From Aplysia californica (lineage: Eukaryota): a stretch of 64,000 nucleotides of DNA. Both the position numbers and the translations under genes were made by a program. Within the stretch, counting starts at the first letter, position 1; the number at the start of each line of letters is the position of its first letter. The DNA lies in the NCBI RefSeq assembly GCF_000002075.1, contig NW_004797290.1:1142127-1206126 (forward strand), written 5' to 3'. The notes below the pieces were generated by a model. It was not told the origin of the DNA, did no database searches, and saw nothing but the letters and a program-made list of their open reading frames with translations. This document shows positions 60,901-64,000 of this stretch, one piece after another.

Positions 60901-63900
60901 TCCTGGTGGGGGGAGGAGAGGAGTCTAACGTAGCAGGGGCCCAACATATCATGAAACAAATGTTACCATCTCATCACACTATAAAAAAGTTCACAACATA
61001 GAAAACATTTACATTACCACTCACTTGAGACAGAAACAAGGCTATGAATGGCCTCACGGTGGGACTGTAATTGCTTTAGTTTGATCAACTCAAATCTGTT
61101 ACTGTTATGTTGATCAACTTCATGCTTCAATTTGTACGCAACTGCAAGAAAAAAAGAAACATATTTTAGTTAAAATTTTTCAATACACAAACATCAGCTG
61201 TTATAAGTTCTACACAAAAAGCATTCTAGACAAGTGCAAGAAAAAAAGAATGAGTCTTTTTTTTTTTCAAAACAATAAAATAATTAATTGTGTTCAACAT
61301 ATTTATCCACAAAAAAAAGCATGAATCTGTCTACATCACAAACTCAGCGGTTAATTACAAACACTGTTCAGACGTTTCCTAGCAATTGCTTGGTAGAGCT
61401 AATAAAAATCATCAGTTTTGGTCAAATCTAATACAAACTTGCCATGGTTAAAGCATTACTATTCTTTTAGCTCAGAATGATTATTGAACATTACATTATA
61501 TTACAGTCGAACCTGTGTAAGACAGAATCGCAAGGGAGCGGGGAAAAAATTCCGTCTTAGACATTTTCCATCTTAGACAGGGGGAATTTGTTGGGGGGGG
61601 GAGAGTTCAAAGGCCCAGCCGGTGGGATCAAGGATTGCTTGTCCGATCGGAAAGCAGTGGTCAAAACTTCACACCTCTCAGCTGCTATCCTGTCTGATAA
61701 TGACATACGTCAGTCTTACTTATCCAATTACTACCAGTGCTTGCCTTTCATAGGACCACTGTCCGACCTGTTAAAAACAGAAACGTTTGAACATCTCCTT
61801 TGCTTCCAGACTTAGTCCCACCCAACGGTCTCTGGTCCCACCCACCAATGCCACCCCTCACTGCCATCATTGTAACAACGATTCGAGGAACTCTTTTCTC
61901 GGTCGGCCATACGATCAGGGCGGCAGGCATTGGTGAATCTCATTTCACACCTCTGACTTCTGGCTACCCAGGAAAGTTTCCGTAGTGGCTCGCTACTCGA
62001 GCACTCTCACGGGCAGTCATGAGATTTCACACCCACACTACACTGACCATCTGCATCGTTCAGGGCTCACATGATGGGGTAACATCTTACCGCCAAATTG
62101 TACCCCTACTCCCCTTCCTCGCCCAGCGGAATGGCCATGGCGTTAAGTTTAGAGCTGGCGGAACCAAACTTGCGAGTTTTGTTTCAACAGGGCTGAGTGG
62201 GCAAAGCATTTTCCGTCTTAGACAGGTGAAACCCTCAGAAGGGAGCAGATTTTTCTTTCCGTTTCCGCATTGGACAGGTTTCCGTTTTATACAGGTAATT
62301 AAAGAGAGATATATCAAGGGGAGAGCGCGGAGATTCCGTTAAGACAGTTTCCGTTTTACATAGGTTTCCGTTAAGGCAGGTTCGACTGTATATGCAAAAC
62401 AGCGGTAATGAAAAGCATTATCACAATGAGGAAGACTAAAAAAGCAACCAGAAAAAGAGGTAAAGCGTAAATATTTTTCTTCATGATGACCTTTCCGCTA
62501 TGCTATTTCCAATGTCTTTAAAATTCTTACTACGTGCAGCACATTTTCACAGAGATCTTACACAGTTCTTTGTCAGCAGCAGTGATGATTCGTTCTTGTC
62601 TAATAGAGATCATCAAATGTACATCTGAAAATATTAATTTCAAAGTAATTATTGTGCTATTGCCACAGTTTAAAATAGAGGTAAGAACACACAGCCACTC
62701 CATCTTTCCCCCAATAAAGTTATCAGGTTCAAGCCACATCATCTAGCTTCCTTCCAATTAATAAAAAAAATGAAGCATAATCTGAAAGTTTATTTCAAAA
62801 TTTCATAGTCCAAATTCCATGAATGAACAATATAGCCCAAAACTCCATAGTGACAAAAAATGCAAGCTGACAATGAAAAATAGGAGGAAACATTTTAAAA
62901 ATAAAAAAGAAACAATATTATTTTTATGATCGGCCTCCTCTTATATTACCACAAAAATCTATATATATATTTGTAAAAATTCTAGACACCCACAGAATTA
63001 TTGCACTGATAGTGGTGTGTTCATTCACAAACAGGAGTTCATTCCATGTTTTCACTTATAGTAATGTAAAAAACGTGATTGAAACAGTTACAACCTAATC
63101 CTCAAAACAGTATCTCACCTTCTTGTGCAGAGTTGCCGATGAAATGCAAAAGATCTCCATTCAGATTCCACAGGGACAAGTTTTCACCCCCTGCACTAAA
63201 GAGCCCTGGACCTAAAGGCTGCATAGACTGAAATAAAAAAACAAACCAGCACATCCTAATGAAATTTACACATATTTTCCTNNNNNNNNNNNNNNNNNNN
63301 NNNNNNNNNNNNNNNNNNNNNNNNNNNNNNNNNNNNNNNNNNNNNNNNNNNNNNNNNNNNNNNNNNNNNNNNNNNNNNNNNNNNNNNNNNNNNNNNNNNN
63401 NNNNNNNNNNAAAAGCTTTCGTGGGTGGTTGGCAGGTGCTCTGGTGTGGTTTGCTTCTTCTTTTCTATGAAACATCTATCGCCCTTATCTCCCCTTTTTC
63501 TTTTATATGTTTGTTACTCTCTTGTAACACTTCTAAGCTTCTGGCGCTCATATGACCTTATGCAATTGTGAGTGCCGTAAAACCTCTACTAAAACTAAAC
63601 TAAAAAAGTTTCTACATTTAATGTGCTTCCTCACTTGAAACTTTTCCCACAACCATTCAAATTTGAAAACTCAGTCAAGACTTCATCAAAGACATAAACA
63701 TTTAAAAAGACAACATGTTTAACTTTAACTGAGAACACCACACTGTTCTTCACATATGATACAGTCAGGCACAAACAACTGAAAACACATCCGGAATGGA
63801 CAAATGTGTTCAACACAGCCATAAAACAATAGACTTACTCTCACTGATGCACCATGCTCTATCAGTACCTGACGACACTCTCCATTTTCTGAATCCCATA

Positions 63901-63901
63901 T
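51892..63901 (-). CDS. WDR41: WD repeat-containing protein 41 (C9orf72-SMCR8 complex subunit), 3' ten exons; 5' end outside the window
   Basis: Exons 63901-63839, 63227-63119, 62624-62562, 61141-61025, 56334-56180, 55531-55401, 53923-53798, 53400-53313, 52448-52380 and 51966-51892 are phase-compatible (996 nt). Peptides YLFAAVGCGFYVF, LVTCSEDKCLRLW, LLGELSAHGGSVQ and GIVSCGADGVVIIWKN are collinear with human WDR41 as I recall it (VFAAVGRGLYVY, LISCSEDGSVRIW, LIGDLIGHSSSVE, GLVTCSADHLIILWKN). Confidence 0.88.
52380..52448 (-). CDS. WDR41: WDR41 exon
   Basis: GFLDFDHEGIVSCGADGVVIIWK. Confidence 0.9.
52670..52843. mobile_element. Tc1/mariner (pogo-like) MITE
   Basis: TA CAGTTGAACCT...AGGTTCGACCG TA. 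Confidence 0.72.
53313..53400 (-). CDS. WDR41: WDR41 exon
   Basis: SQELHQVSSQYPWEPSLLGELSAHGGSVQ. Confidence 0.88.
53798..53923 (-). CDS. WDR41: WDR41 exon
   Basis: EFLVTCSEDKCLRLWGKKPSTDHWNARDGMAVTTMEKFTGL. Confidence 0.87.
55401..55531 (-). CDS. WDR41: WDR41 exon
   Basis: RYLFAAVGCGFYVFEINAEKEHLVVQKKSAHFSKVTCMGFASE. Confidence 0.9.
56180..56334 (-). CDS. WDR41: WDR41 exon
   Basis: SCFASGSVDGMIIIWTASNLQPARRLN...SVQSMMCVQE. Confidence 0.9.
56345..56525 (-). mobile_element. ~170-bp retroposon 3' tail family copy abutting a WDR41 acceptor
   Basis: Reverse complement of 38945-39118. Confidence 0.8.
56605..56715. repeat. 37-bp tandem repeat x3
   Basis: GTGGCAATCATCAGCAATGAC(A/G)TGTCTGAATTTTGTA. 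Confidence 0.95.
57011..57365. mobile_element. Tc1/mariner-type MITE
   Basis: TA CAGTCCATGCCGGCTTTAAGCACG ... CGTGCTTAAAGCCGGCACAGACTG TA. Confidence 0.88.
58090..58262 (+). mobile_element. ~170-bp retroposon 3' tail family copy
   Basis: Homologous to 38945-39118. Confidence 0.8.
58944..59718 (-). mobile_element. Degenerate I-group (Nimb/Ingi-like) LINE reverse transcriptase fragment
   Basis: GVPQGG, FIND, YTDD, LGIIFDKRLTWKQHI, WGAN and RPHLEYG motifs; in-frame stop near 59528; truncated by gap. Confidence 0.92.
59963..60271. mobile_element. MITE (ATATGTG family)
   Basis: ~40-bp TIR ATATGTGAGGCAGCGTGGTGGAATCAGGCTCTCGTCAA / TTGACGAGAGCCTGATTCAACCATGCTGCCTCACATAT. Confidence 0.9.
61025..61141 (-). 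CDS. WDR41: WDR41 exon
   Basis: AYKLKHEVD...LKQLQSHREAIHSLVSVS. Confidence 0.86.
61504..62388. mobile_element. Tc1/mariner (pogo-like) MITE
   Basis: TA CAGTCGAACCTG...CAGGTTCGACTG TA, with subterminal TTCCGTCTTAGACA repeats. Confidence 0.88.
62562..62624 (-). CDS. WDR41: WDR41 exon
   Basis: DVHLMISIRQERIITAADKEL. Confidence 0.85.
63119..63227 (-). CDS. WDR41: WDR41 exon
   Basis: SMQPLGPGLFSAGGENLSLWNLNGDLLHFIGNSAQE. Confidence 0.87.
63420..63605 (+). mobile_element. ~170-bp retroposon 3' tail family copy
   Basis: Homologous to 38945-39118; ends in CTAAA repeats. Confidence 0.8.
63839..63901 (-). CDS. WDR41: WDR41 exon
   Basis: IWDSENGECRQVLIEHGASVR; tttcag / gtaagt. Confidence 0.85.
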
Positions 63902-64000
63902 CTGAAATATTACAAGGTTTCATTTATCTATTCTCAAAGAGAAAAATAAGTTCAGAGAAAAAAGAATGTATTATTTTACAAAAAGTACATTGATAAAAAA

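Overview
Draft-assembly (N-gapped), AT-rich, repeat-dense eukaryotic DNA from an invertebrate (probably a mollusc; inference only). Four spliced protein-coding genes can be reconstructed by hand. (1) The last five coding exons of a lysosomal GH20 beta-hexosaminidase (Hex-1, +, 7838-12510). (2) A two-exon COX7C-like gene (-, 17688-16871, 112 aa) with an unusual acidic C-terminal extension, split across two ORF-track entries. (3) A complete second beta-hexosaminidase (Hex-2, +, 24267-45192, 548 aa). (4) The 3' ten exons of WDR41 (-, 63901-51892). The main finding is in Hex-2: it carries two intact, tandem 172-nt versions (36433-36604 and 38073-38244, 54% aa identity) of the exon homologous to human HEXA/HEXB exon 11. 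Reading frame makes them mutually exclusive, and they differ at the positions that separate vertebrate alpha and beta substrate specificity, so one gene may make alpha/beta-like isozymes by splicing; a regenerated 5' splice site suggests recursive splicing as the switch. Also notable: tandem CLEAR/M-box sites at the Hex-2 promoter, the HEX-COX7C-WDR41 linkage that matches human 5q13-14, many MITEs, SINEs and LINE fragments, and strong enrichment of TA-NN-N'N'-TA palindromes that look like transposon excision footprints.
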